A DNA stretch of 64,000 bases from Mobula hypostoma. Its lineage: Eukaryota. Positions 12,568-25,528 of this stretch are shown here, piece after piece. The position numbers were made by a program, and so were the translations under genes. The stretch is from NCBI RefSeq assembly GCF_963921235.1, contig NC_086097.1, positions 205,532,001 through 205,596,000 on the forward strand, read 5' to 3'. Each line of letters starts with the position of its first letter. Within the stretch, counting starts at the first letter, position 1. Below the pieces are notes generated by a model. The model was not told the origin of the DNA. It saw nothing but the letters and a program-made list of their open reading frames with translations, and did not search any database.

Positions 12568-14688
12568 ATAAAATGGAATAGAGAAATTGAGGTCATTTAA
12601 AGGTGAAATTTTGAGAGTACAAAATCTTTATGTTCCTGTTAGGTTGAAAGGGAAGGTTAAAAGTTTGAGAGAGCCATGGTTTTCAAGGGATATTGGGAAC
12701 TTGGTTTGGAAAAAGAGAGATATCTACAATAAATATAGGCAGCATGGAGTAAATGAGGTGCTCGAGGAATATAAAGAATGTAAAAAGCATCTTAAGAAAG
12801 AAATTAGAAAAGCTAAAAGAAGATATGAGGTTGCTTTAGCAAGTAAGTTGAAAATAAATCCCAAGGGTTTCTACCATTATATTAATAGCAAAAGGATAGT
12901 GAGGGATAAAATTGGTCCCTTAGAGAATCAGAGTGGACAGCTATGTGTGGAGCCAAAAGAGACGGGGGAAATTCTGAACAATTTCTTTTCTTCGGTATTC
13001 ACTAAGGAGAAGGATATTGAATTGTGTAAGATAAGGGAAACAGGTAGGAAAGTTATGGAAACTATGATGATTAAAGAAGAGGAAGTACTGGAGCTTTTAA
13101 GGAATATAAAACTGGATAAGTCTCTGGGTCCTGACAGGATATTCCCTTGGACCTTGAGGGAAGTTAGTGTGGAAATAGCAGGGGCTCTGACAGAAATATT
13201 TCAAATGTCATTAGAAACAGGGTTGGTGCTGGAGGATTGGCGTCTTGCTCATGTTCCATTGTTTAAAAAGGGTTCTAAGAGTAAACCTAGCAATTATCAG
13301 CCTGTGAGTTTGACATCAGTGGTGGGTAAATTGATGGAAAGTATTCTTGGAGATAGTATATATAATTATTGGATAGACAAGGTCTGATTAGAAACAGTCA
13401 ACATGGATTTGTGCGTGGAAGGTCATGTTTGACAAATCTTATTGAATTTTTTGAAGAGGTTACTAGGAAAGTTGACAAGGGTAAAACAGTGGATGTTGTC
13501 TGTATGGACTTCAATAAGGCCTTTGACAAGGTCCCACATGGAAGGTTGGTTAGGAAGGTTCAATCGTTAAGTATTAATATTGAAGTAGTAAAATGGAATC
13601 AGCAGTCACTGGATGGGAGATGCCAGAGAGTGGTGGTGGATAACTGTTTGTCAGATTGGAGGCCAGTGACTAGTGATGTGCCTCAGGGATCTGTACTGGG
13701 TCCAATGTTATTTGTCATATACATTAATGATCTGGATGAGGGGGTGGTAAATTGGATGAGTAAGTATGCAGATGATACTAAGAAGGTGGAGTTGTGGATA
13801 ATGAAGTAGGTTTTCAAAGCTTGCAGAGAGATTTAGGCCAGTTAGAAGAGTGGGCTGAAAGATGGCAGATGGAGTTTAATGCTGATAAATGTGAGGTGCT
13901 ACATTTTGGTAGGACTAATCAAAATAGGACATACATGGTAAATGGTTGGGCATTGAAGAATGCAGTAGAACAGAGGGATCTAGGAATAATGGTGCATAGT
14001 TCCCTGAAGGTGGAATCTCATGTGGATAGGGTGGTGAAGAAAGCTTTTTGTATGCTGGCCTTTATAAATCATAGCATTGAGTATAGGAGTTGGGATGTAA
14101 TGTTGAAATTGTACAAAGCATTGGTAAGGCCAAATTTGGAGTATTGTGTACAGTTTTGGTCACCGAATTATAGGAAAGATATCAACAAAATAGAGAGAGT
14201 ACAGAGAAAATTTACTAGAATGTTACCTGGGTTTTATCACCTAAGTTACAGAGAAAGGTTGAACAAGTTGCGTCTTTATTCTCTGAAATGTAGAAGGTTG
14301 AGAGGGGACTTGATAGAGGTATATAAAATTATGAGGGGGATAGATAGAGTTGACATGGATAGGCTTTTTCCATTGAGAGTGGGGGAGATTCAAACAAGAG
14401 GACATGAGTTGAGAGTTAAAGGGCAAAAGTTTAGGGGTAACATGAGGGGGAACTTCTTTACTCAGAGAGTGGTAGCTGTGTGGAATGAGCTTCCAGCAGA
14501 CGTGGTTGAGGCAGGTTCAATGTTGTCATTTAAAGTTAAATTAGACAGCTGTATGGACAGGAAAGGAATGGAGGGTTATGGGCTGAGTGCAGGTCGGTGG
14601 AACTAGGTGAGAGTAAGAGTTTGGCATGGACTGGAAGGGCCGAGATGGCCTGCTTCCGTGCTGTAATTGTTATATGGTTATATCGTTA
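12568..14688 (+). mobile_element. 5'-truncated CR1 LINE, RT-containing, two frameshifts
   Basis: ORFs 12587-13387, 13369-13809 and 13794-14606 carry [28 protein letters not shown] and RPNLEYCVQFWSP. Tail gttatatggttatat. Confidence 0.95.
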
Positions 14689-15080
14689 TAAATTCATGCT
14701 CAGGTAGACCATCTTTCACCGGTCTGCTAGTTTTAATAAATTGCCTGTTACTCAAACATCAATTCTGTATGAACTTTCAGTTTGTTCCTACAACTGTCAT
14801 CAGCAGCAGCAACCGTAGTGTGGGATAGGCATGCTGCACTACCCCAGGATAAAAGAGTGCTCATTGTAATTGAAGCTCCAATGGTGATTTACAACCTGCT
14901 GTGGTGAAAAGGCTATCTACCAACACCATTGTAGCAGGAGTTCAGATTTCTGTCATGTAAACGAGGCACTGCCATGGCTGGATACCACTGGGGAGCAGCA
15001 GTAAGCCATGATCAAAGGGCATTTGCTTCAGTAACCATTGATTTTATTAATACAAGCAAAAAAAAACACTCTTCAAATTA

Positions 15081-16279
15081 CAGTGGATTCTGGTTAATTG
15101 GGCTATTGGTTAATCAAACCAGTGACTTATTTTGGACAAAATTTAAAGAACATGTACTCATTGAGAAAACAGAGGGAATTCCTTTAATTTATTTGAGACT
15201 CCATACCACTTAATTGGGACAGGAAATTGTTGTTGAATGATTTCTAACTTGCATCAGTTGCCTACACTTGTGTGACCATTAGACATTACACTGTGCTTCG
15301 AGTGAAGAGTTTTTAAATAGCCTCAGTTGCATGTGTTCGTATTATGTTATCCATTTGGGCCGATGGAAGGCAACTCATAAAGCAGTGATTTTTGTTATTT
15401 TTTTTATTTTAAAACATTTCAGACCCTTGCTAAGATGCCATAAAAAGTTTTGACACTAGTGAAAATTTGAACCCATCTGCCTAATGCCACTCACGATCAG
15501 CTGGCAGTGATAACTGGAGAGCCAAAATCTACAATTGCACGCTTGATATATGTGCAAGATAAACTGCAAGAAGAATGGGCAGTATGCAAGAGACAACTGG
15601 GAACATCCCAAAATGAAAGCGTGAAGGTAAGGATCTGAATGTTGAGAAGTCCCTCAATAAGTGGTTTTCCATTGTAATTGAATAAAGTGTATATGTCAGT
15701 GACCATTGGTTAAAAAAAATGTCAGAGGAGCTAAACAAGAAGGTGGATCATGAAGATCTTAAGGCAATGGATGGCTAGTGTTTTCGATGAAAATGTTGAC
15801 ACCACATTAAATTCAAAAAAAGACAATGGTGAGAAAGATTGTGCCAATGCTTTAAGTGCAGAAACATGGAAGTCTACAAACTCTCCAACTTGGGCAGATG
15901 ATATCTAAAGCTGATGAAGCAGTCCATTTTGATCATGCTATGCTGGATGATTCTCTTGGCTACAAATGTGCAACACTATCAGGTTCAATGACAGCATTAG
16001 ATCACATAATGGATCAATTGTCTGCAGCATACACTGGATGAATTCCTCCATCTTTAACTATTAGGAACTTATAAACTGTTTTATAGTACTGTAGTAGTAT
16101 TGCTAGTAATCTATTTTTCTGTATTTCATTTAAATACCTAATTCGGTACTCAGTTAAATGGTAGTTTGCATTTTTATACCTTTTTAACTATTTCCATGAA
16201 ACCTTGGGTAATTGGGAAACTGCTTAATTGGGCCAAAATGTACTAGTCCCAATGTGTCCCAATTAACTGGAATCCATGG
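15081..16279 (+). mobile_element. Internally deleted Tigger/pogo (Tc1-mariner) DNA transposon
   Basis: TA|CAGTGGATTCTGGTTAATTGGG...CCCAATTAACTGGAATCCATGG|TA TIRs. The decayed frame at about 15615-15850 reads VEKSLNKWF...KAMDG...HHIKFKK..GEK, like a CENP-B/pogo HTH. Confidence 0.8.
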
Positions 16280-16281
16280 TA

Positions 16282-16790
16282 CATGAACATCAATTTCACT
16301 AACTTCTGGTAATTTTTCCCCTCTTGTTCCCTCTTCTTCCACTCCCCACTCTGGCTCCTCTCTTACCTCATCTCTTCTCCTTACATGCCTATCCTCCCCC
16401 TGATGCCCCTCCCTTCCCTTTCTCCTACGGTCCACTTTCCTGTCTTATCAGATTCCTTCTTCTTCAGCCTTTTATGTCTTCCAGCCATCACCTCCCAGCT
16501 TCATTTCCCCTCCCTTACCCACCTAACTTTCACCCTCACCTGGTTTCACCTATCATATGCCAGCCTGTACTCCTTCCCCTTCCTACCTGAAATGAATCTC
16601 AGGGTTGTATATTGTAACATATATGTACTTTAATAATTAATTTACTTTGAAATTTTCCAATCCTGATGAAGAGTGCTGAGCCAAACATCTACTGTTTGTT
16701 TCTTTCCATAGAATGCTGCCTGACCTGCTGAGTTCCTCCAGCATTTTGTGTGGGTGTTACTCTGGATTTCCAGCATCTGTAGAATCTCTT
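16282..16790 (+). mobile_element. Penelope-derived repeat with an inserted Rex-type tail (about 16590-16655)
   Basis: Colinear with 29712-30052, includes cctgatgaag and gctgcctgacctgctgagttcctccagc. Confidence 0.65.
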
Positions 16791-17682
16791 GAGTATAAGA
16801 TTATTAACCTGACAATTTTAATTTTATGGAACCATTTTGACTACAGCCAAAGCATTGTATCTATTTTATTTGATCATTTGTTATTACCTTTGTACATAAA
16901 AGACAAAAACATTGAATATATTTGGAGCTTTTGGAGATTTTTCCAGCTGATGTCTTCTGCATATTTGCTTGCACTGAATAAAACCATGTTACAACTACAG
17001 CTCCTGTCTCCTTCAAAGAGAGTAGATATACAAATTCAAAATGGATTTCATGAATGCTGGAATGTATATACCAAGCAATGTGTATACCAAGCAATTACTG
17101 GAATTATCACTGTACACTCTGATTATTTTCTTCATCCAGTTTAGATACCCATTATGACCATGTACAGAGGCAGCAATGATGGGCTGATTCTCAGGAAGAG
17201 TTGCTTACTTAGGAGTCAACCATCTACTCTTTGCACACAGAGAAGACGTGAACATGGTCGCTTAATCTGAAATCAGTCATTTACCAACATTTGCATCTCT
17301 CAAGAGGTTTAGGTGTAGGTGCATCTCAGGGATAAATCATTTTGGACTTCTAGGAAGTTAGTTGTTTAGAATAGAAGGTGTTAGGGATATTCTGGACCTA
17401 TGAAAACATAATTTGAGTTCTGAATTCACTATACACTATCTGAGTTTGAGACCGCAGATATTAAAGAACACTACTAGAGCTAATTTTGTTGATCACTGAA
17501 CATGGGAAAAGTCTCAACTATTTATAAATATGCAATTAATCATCAAAATATGAAGCTAAACTTCAGTTAAACCCTTTTTATTTTAGACATTATAGAATTT
17601 TAAATATTGTGGCACTATTTTAAAAGATAAATAAAAGCTTATACTGTATGTTGCATGCATTCCTCTTGCTCTACAATAACTG

Positions 17683-18158
17683 TAGTGAAAGGCCTAGATA
17701 GCATGGATGTGGAGAGAATGTTTCTGATAGTGGGGGAGTCCAGGAGTGGAGGGCAAGCCTCAAAATACAAGGACATCACTTTCTTCCTTTCGCCAGATGG
17801 TGGTGAATTTGTGGAACTTACTGCCACATTCTGCCAAGTAATTAGATATATTTAAAGTGGAGACTGATAGGTTCAGGGCTAATAATCCAGACTAGCCAAA
17901 AAACTATCGTTGTGGAAACAGCAATGAAGAATCCTTCTATACAGACAGAGATAGAGGACCTTCTTTACTGTTCTAAACACCAGCAGCCTAATGGGCAGTA
18001 AGTAAGTCGACAGGTTCTTGATAAATAAGAGCGTCAAAGGTTACAGACAGAAGGCAGGAGAATGAGGTTGAGAAGGATAATAAATCGGCCATTATAGAAC
18101 AGAGGAGCACACTCTAAATCACCTAATTCTGCTCTTATGTCTCATGGTCTTATGGTAT
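17683..18158 (+). mobile_element. Decayed CR1 3' end with an internal insertion of about 140 bp
   Basis: KGLDSMDVERMF motif, CR1 3' UTR and ggtcttatgg tail. Confidence 0.7.
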
Positions 18159-18904
18159 TGTGTTCCAAATTTGCTTTAAACTGCACAAGGATACAGTTTA
18201 AGAATTTTCCTAAATTTGCATAATGGTAAAATCTTCTATTGAGCAGTGTGATCAGGCATCATAATGGAATGTAATTGTTGCTTCTTATTTCCATTAAAAT
18301 GTGTCTTTTGATGGATTTAAGAGTTGGATCCCAGGTTAGCTTTAGTAAAATCACTGAAAATTAGAATCTTCAGTCCTCCAACAGTGAGTAATTGCATTTT
18401 TTAAAGATGACATAAAAATAACTTAAAAACACACACTGAGTTTTTCATTGATTTACATCAGTTTCAGTACTTTCAGTAGCATTTGAAAAGAAAAAGATTA
18501 AATCATGACTGTTAGAATCCATGCTCTGAAGTAAATGGTGACAACTTAAGCAGCTTATAAAATACTGGAATCTTGCATTATTGGAAATGCCCCTATTGCC
18601 AGTTTGGTAGACTATTCCAAGTAAGTTTAATATTTGATCAATTCATTTGGAAAATACTAAATTAAATGGTTTTGACTTTAATTCAAGCATTTAAAATTCA
18701 CGATCGTTTGCACTAGTCATCCAATTCTGCCCATATTGTGCTTCTGTTGATATTAAGATGCCAAAATTCTGATTTTTCGATCACTGTATCTTCTGTGCTA
18801 TATATAAGTGACAACTGCAGAAAAAAGTAGCACTAATTTCGGAGGTTGCATTGAAAAATGTAAAATAATATCCCTCTTAAAATTGTCATCTGACAATAGT
18901 ACCA

Positions 18905-19292
18905 AATGTGTCTCAGTTCATGAAGTTCTCACTTCTGAGTTAGAAGTTAATAAGTTCAAAATTTGCACCACAGATTTGAGTGCAACACATTTGGCTGACA
19001 TTCCAGTAAGGTACTGAAATAATATTTTGCTGTTAGAGGTGCCATCTTTCAGCTAAGCATCTGCTCTCTCAAGTGGATGTGAATGATCCCAGTACACTAT
19101 TTTGAAGAGAAGCCAGTGACTTGCACCTCAACATAAATAAATAGACTTTCTGATCATTACTATATTCCTGCTTGTGCAAGCAAGCAGCATGCAAATTGAT
19201 TGCCATATTTCCTAATTATAACAGTAACTGCACTTCATTGGCTCTAAACCGTTTTGGAACGGTGTGGAAGTTGCTATTTAAAGCCAAGTCTT
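18905..19292 (+). mobile_element. Deu-domain SINE (SacSINE/AmnSINE-like), decayed
   Basis: ggctgacattccagt..gtactga, gaggtgccatctttc, gtggatgt..gatccca..cactattttgaaga and cttcattggct.taaa blocks resemble DeuSINE. Confidence 0.6.
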
Positions 19293-19762
19293 CATTTTGT
19301 TAACATTTTAATCTTTCAACAAAGATTGTCATTGCCAACAATTATCCTTTTGCAGATCAGAATCTTAAATAAGTTGTTGGAAAGTCAAATAATTCCTCAG
19401 ATCTGTTTTTCTGCACAACTTAACTGCCACCCTTTTGACAAGGTTCCAAGAAAATATACAAATATATTTTAGGATGTCTATATTGTACTGTATGTGTATC
19501 TCTTTGTGGGTAGTTAAATTGTGGTTTTGATCATTGCAAGATCTTTCAACAGTGTTCATGAATTTGGACCTGGGATAATCCAAGTACTTTCACATATGAA
19601 GACACTATGGACCAGCTTAGGCCAATTCAAAACTCATGTTGGTACTGGAGGGGTACAGTAATATTTCAATATGCAAGGTGTGAAATGTCCTTTATTGGGC
19701 TTTATGTACAAATAACTGGATATACTTTGTAAGCCGTTTATAAAATTTTGTAAAGACGTAAT

Positions 19763-20757
19763 TTTTAGACATTAAGAAAGACGACATGCTGGAGCTTTTG
19801 GAAAGCATAAAGTTGGATAAGTCACCGGAACAAGATGACATATACCCCAGGCTACTGTGGGGGGTGAGGGAGGAGATTGCTGAGCCTCTGGCAATGATCT
19901 TTGTATCATCAATGAGGACAGGAGAGGTTCCGCAGGATTGGAAAGTTGCAGGTATTGTTTCCTTGTTCAAGAAAGGGGGTAGAGATAGCCCAGGAAATTA
20001 TAGACCAGTGAGTCTTATTTCAGTGGTTGGTAAGTTGCTGGAGAAGATCCCAAAGGGCAGATTTTATGAACATTTGGAGAGGCATAATATGATTAGAAAT
20101 AGTCAGCATGGCTTTGTCAAAGGCAGGTCATGCCTTACGAGCCTGATTGAATTTTTTGAGGATGTGACTAAATACATTGCTGAAGGAAGAGCAGTAGATG
20201 TAGTGTATATGGATTTCAGCAAGGTGTTTGATAAGGTACCCCATGTAAGGTTTATTGAGAAAGTAAGGAAGCATGGGATTCAAGGGGACATTGTTCTGTG
20301 GATCCAGAACTGGCTTGCACACAGAAGGCAAAGAGTGGTTGCAGACGGATCATATTCTGCATGGAGGTCAGTAACCAGTGGTGTGCCTCAGAAATCTGTT
20401 CTGGGACCTCTTCGTGATTTTTATAAATGACCTGGATGAGAAAGTGGAGGGAAGGGTTAGTAAATTTGCTGATGACACAAAGGTTGGGGGGTGTTGTGGA
20501 CAGTGTGGATGGCTGTCAGAGGTTACAGCGGGACATCAATAGGATGTAAAACTGAGCTGAGAAGTGGCTGATGGAGTTCAACCCAGATAAGTGTGAGATG
20601 GTTCAGATTGGTAGGTCAAATATGATGACAGAATATAGTATTAATGGTAATACTCTTGGCAGTGTGGAGGATCAGATGGATCTTGGGGTCCGAGTCCATA
20701 GGACACTCAAAGCTGCTGCGCAGGTTGACTCTGTGGTTAAGAAGGCATATGGTGTAT
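19763..20757 (+). mobile_element. Older CR1, 5' part (RT), interrupted by a younger CR1
   Basis: ORFs 19786-20430 and 20571 onward. The sequence aagaaggcatatggtgtat resumes as tggccttc at about 24019. Confidence 0.9.
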
Positions 20758-23700
20758 ATGGGGGCAGGGATTCAAGTTTTTGGATCATTGGGACCTCTTT
20801 TGGCGTAGGTGTGACCTGTACAAAAAGGACGGGTTACACTTAAATCCTAGGGGGACCAATATCCTGGCAGGGAGATTAGCGGGGGCTACTGAGGTGACTT
20901 TAAACTAGAATGGTTGGGGGGTGGGAATCAAATTAAAGCGGCTAGGTGTGAGGAGGTTAGTTCACAACAGAGGGATGGGAACCAGTGCAGAGAGACAGAG
21001 GAGTGTAAAGTGAGCGTAGAAGCAAAAAGTACAAAGGGGAAAAGTAAAAGTGGCAGGCCGACAAATCCAGGGCAAGCATTAAAAAGGGCTAAGAGAGTTG
21101 TAAAAGAGCGCCTGAAGGCTTTATGTGTCAATGCAAGGAGCATTCGTAATAAGGTGGATGAATTGAAAGTGCAGATTGTTATTAATGATTATGATATAGT
21201 TGGGATCACAGAGACATGGCTCCAGGGTGACCAGGGATGGGAGCTCAACGTTCAGGGATATTCAATATTCAGGAGGGATAGACATGAAGGAAGGGGAGGT
21301 GGGGTGGCGTTGCTGGTTAAAAAAGAGATTAACGCAATAGAAAGGAAGGACATAAGCCGGGAAGATGTGGAATCGATATGGGTAGAGCTGCGTAACACTA
21401 AGGGGCAGAAGACGCTGCTGGGAGTTGTGTACAGGCCACCTAACAGTAGTAGTGAGGTCGGAGATGGTATTAAACAGGAAATTAGAAATGTGTGCAATAA
21501 AGGAACAGCAGTTATAATGGGTGACTTCAATCTACATGTAGACTGGGTGAACCAAATTGGTAAAGGTGCTGAGGAAGAGGATTTCTTGGAATGTATGCGG
21601 GATGGTTTTTTGAACCAACATGTCGAGGAACCGACTAGAGAGCAGGCTATTCTGGACTGGGTTTTGAGCAATGAGGAAGGGTTAATTAGCGATCTTGTCG
21701 TGAGAGGCCCCTTGGGTAAGAGTGACCATAATATGGTGGAATTCTTCATTAACATGGAGAGTGACGTAGTTAATTCAGAAACAAAGGTTCTGAACTTAAA
21801 GAGGGGTAACTTTGAAGGTATGAGACATGAATTAGCTAAGATAGACTGGCAAATGACACTTCAAGGATTGACGGTGGATATGCAATGGCAGGCATTTAAA
21901 GGTTGCATGGATGAACTACAACAATTGTTCATCCCAGTTTGGCAAAAGAATAAATCAAGGAAGGTAGTGCACCCGTGGCTGACAAGAGAAATTAGGGATA
22001 GTATCAATTCCAAAGAAGTAGCATACAAATTAGCCAGAGAAAGTGGCTCACCTGAGGACTGGGAGAAATTCAGAGTTCAGCAGAGGAGGACAAAGGGCTT
22101 AATTAGGAAGGGGAAAAAAGATTATGAGAGAAAACTGGCAGAGAACATAAAAACGGACTGTAAAAGCTTTTATAGATATGTAAAAAGGAAAAGACTGATA
22201 AAGACAAATGTAGGTCCCCTGCAAACAGAAACAGGTGAATTGATTATGGGGAGCAAGGACATGGCAGACCAATTGAATAATTACTTTGGTTCTGTCTTCA
22301 CTAAGGAGGACATAAATAATCTTCCAGAAATAGTAAGGGACAGAGGGTCCAGTGAGATGGAGGAACTGAGCGAAATACATGTTAGTAGGGAAGTGGTGTT
22401 AGGTACATTGAAGGGATTGAAGGCAGATAAATCCCCAGGGCCAGATGGTCTGCATCCCAGAGTGCTTAAGGAAGTGGCCCAAGAAATAGTGGATGCATTA
22501 GTGATAATTTTTCAAAACTCGTTAGATTCTGGACTAGTTCCTGAGGATTGGAGGGTGGCTAATGTAACCCCACTTTTTAAAAAAGGAGGGAGAGAGAAAC
22601 CGGGGAATTATAGGCCGGTTAGCCTAACGTCGGTGGTGGGGAAACTGCTGGAGTCAGTTATCAAGGATGTGATAACAGCACATTTGGAAAGCGGTGAAAT
22701 GATCGGACAAAGTCAGCATGGATTTGTGAAAGGAAAATCATGTCTGACGAATCTCATAGAATTTTTTGAGGATGTAACTAGTAGAGTGGATAGGGGAGAA
22801 CCAGTGGATGTGGTATATTTGGATTTTCAAAAGGCTTTTGACAAGGTCCCACACAGGAGATTAGTGTGCAAACTTAAAGCACATGGTATTGGGGGTAAGG
22901 TATTGGTGTGGGTGGAGAATTGGTTAGCAGACAGGAAGCAAAGAGTGGGAATAAACGGGACCTTTTCAGAATGGCAGGCGGTGACTAGTGGGGTACCGCA
23001 AGGCTCAGTGCTGGGACCCCAGTTGTTTACAATATATATTAATGACTTGGATGAGGGAATTAAATGCAGCATCTCCAAGTTTGCGGATGACACGAAGCTG
23101 GGTGGCAGTGTTAGCAGTGAGGAGGATGCTAAGAGGATGCAGGGTGACTTGGATAGGTTGGGTGAGTGGGCAAACTCATGGCAGATGCAATTTAATGTGG
23201 ATAAATGTGAAGTTATCCACTTTGGTGGCAAAAATAGGAAAACAGATTATTATCTGAATGGTGGCCGATTAGGAAAAGGGGAGGTGCAACGAGACCTGGG
23301 TGTCATTATACACCAGTCATTGAAAGTGGGCATGCAGGTACAGCAGGCGGTGAAAAAGGCGAACGGTATGCTGGCATTTATAGCGAGAGGATTCGAGTAC
23401 AGGAGCAGGGAGGTACTACTGCAGTTGTACAAGGCCTTGGTGAGACCACACCTGGAGTATTGTGTGCAGTTTTGGTCCCCTAATCTGAGGAAAACATCCT
23501 TGCCATAGAGGGAGTACAAAGAAGGTTCACCAGATTGATTCCTGGGATGGCAGGTCTTTCATATGAAGAAAGACTGGATGAACTGGGCTTGTACTCGTTG
23601 GAATTTAGAAGATTGAGGGGGGATCTGATTGAAACGTATAAGATCCTAAAGGGATTGGACAGGCTAGATGCGGGAAGATTGTTCCCGATGTTGGGGAGGT

Positions 23701-24018
23701 CTAGAACGAGGGGTCACAGTTTGAGGATAGAGGGGAAGCCTTTTAGGACCGAGGTTAGGAAAAACTTCTTCACACAGAGAGTGGTGAATCTGTGGAATTC
23801 TCTGCCACAGCAAACTGTTGAGGCCAGTTCATTAGCTATGTTTAAAAGGAAGTTAGATATGGCCCTTGTGGCTACAGGGGTCACGGGGTATGGAGGGAAG
23901 GCTGGGTTCTGAGTTGGATGATCAGCCATGATCATAATAAATGGCGGTGCAGGCTCGAAGGGCCGAATGGCCTACTCCTGCACCTATTTTCTATGTTTCT
24001 ATGTTTCTATGTTTCTAT
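20758..24018 (+). mobile_element. Young CR1 LINE: ORF1 C-terminus, near-intact ORF2, 3' UTR and (TTTCTATG)n tail
   Basis: ORF1 tail GQGFKFLDHWDLFWRRCDLYKKDGLHLNPRGTNILAGRLAGATEVTLN* (SGNH esterase-type DGLH, stop 20906-20908). ORF2 has APE and RT domains. Confidence 0.97.
20899..23912 (+). pseudogene. CR1 ORF2 (AP endonuclease + reverse transcriptase) with a single 1-nt deletion near 23493
   Basis: NARS, ITETW, GDFN and SDH APE motifs, PQGSVLGP and FADD RT motifs. aggaaaacatcc here versus aggaaagacatcc in sister copies (about 25835, 31095). Confidence 0.92.
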
Positions 24019-24622
24019 TGGCCTTCGTCAACTGTGGGATTGAGTTCAAGAGCTGAGGGGTAATGTTGCAGCTATATAGGACCCTTGTCAGACCCCACTT
24101 GGAGTACTGTGCTCAGTTCTGGTCACCTCACTACAGTAAGGATGTGGAAACCATAGTAAGGGTGCAGAGGAGCTTTACAAGGATGTTGCCTGGATTGGTG
24201 AGCATGTCTTATGAGAATAGGTTGAGTGAACTTAGCCTTTTCTTCCTGGAGTGACAGAGGATGGGAAGTAACCTGATAGATGTGTGTAAGATGATGAGAG
24301 GCATTGATCATGTGGATGGTCAGAGGCTTTTTCCCAGGGCTGAAATGGCTAACACGAGAGGACACAGTTTTAAGGTGCTTGGAAGGAGTTACAGAGGAAA
24401 TGTCAGGGGTAAGTTTTGCATGCAGAGAGTGGTTAGTGCGTGGAATAGGCTGCCGGTGACAGTGGTGGAGTCGGATACAATAGGGTCTTTTAAGAGACTC
24501 CTGGAAAGGTATATGGAGGTTAGAAAAATAGAGGGCTACGGGTAATTTCTAAAGTAAGTACATGTTCGGCACAGCATTGTGGGCCGAAGGGCCTGTATTG
24601 TGCTGTAGGTTTTCTATGTTTC
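24019..24622 (+). mobile_element. Older CR1, 3' part (continuation of 19763-20757)
   Basis: ORFs 24063-24254 and 24261-24545, tail ttttctatgtttct. Confidence 0.9.
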
Positions 24623-25528
24623 TGTGTAAATCATGCCAAAATATATTGCTTTGCTTTTCTATAATGCAAATGATCAAGATACACACATCGTGCAACAATA
24701 TCAGAAAATAATTTATCATGAATTGTTGTCTATTCCCCCACAGAGCATTGTATTGTTTCTTTTCTATTGCAGACTAAGTAACTGCATTTGAGTCTTCAAA
24801 TGGCTCCATCTTTCAAAATAAAGCCTTTCTCAAAGAAATTGGGTAAAATTACTTAAGTACAGAGAGATCATCATCTGTAAAGGAGATGAGAATAAAGCTG
24901 TCAACCACAGTCTACAAGTGCCTGTCTGTAGAACTCACTGATGCCCAAGTAGAGCAGCCACTTCTCTGGATGCCACTGACTATCCACCTGCATGTATTTT
25001 TTTTTAACTTTTAAACTCCTTGCTGAATTCAGAATGTGGTGATATACCAGGTCAGAAGGGTACTTTTATCAGAGACTACTCTTCTATCCTTGCATTTATG
25101 TTGTCAAATAGCAGCAAACTGTATTCTTCAAAGCTATTACCAGAAACTTTCAGTCCTGTCAGATCTATGACTCCATTCAGTAACTGTCCAAGACCTTTAG
25201 AAACCTTCAGTGTATTCAAGAAGGATCCAAACAGGTTTCTTCGACGATCTCATTCTATCTAATTATATCTTGCCCTCCATCAGGGAGATGGGGCAACCAA
25301 AATAGCTTTCAGACCAGAAGATAATCGCTGCATTACATTCCTCAATAGCAGCCACACATTGAGATGGCCACAGAGGATAATATGTGTCAACTTCATCCTT
25401 GTCAACCTATACTTCCTTGCCAAAATTGTACTCATTTAGCTGCTTTATAATTTTGCAGATATCTTTTGCTCCAGGTAACTTACAGTTGGTGAATAAGAAA
25501 TATAAACAGATATGGATTCTCTGTGACT

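Noticed and set aside
21252..23231. Long minus-strand ORFs (also 5501-6034, 25595-26008, 49170-49736)
   Set aside because: Antisense shadows of CR1 ORF2.
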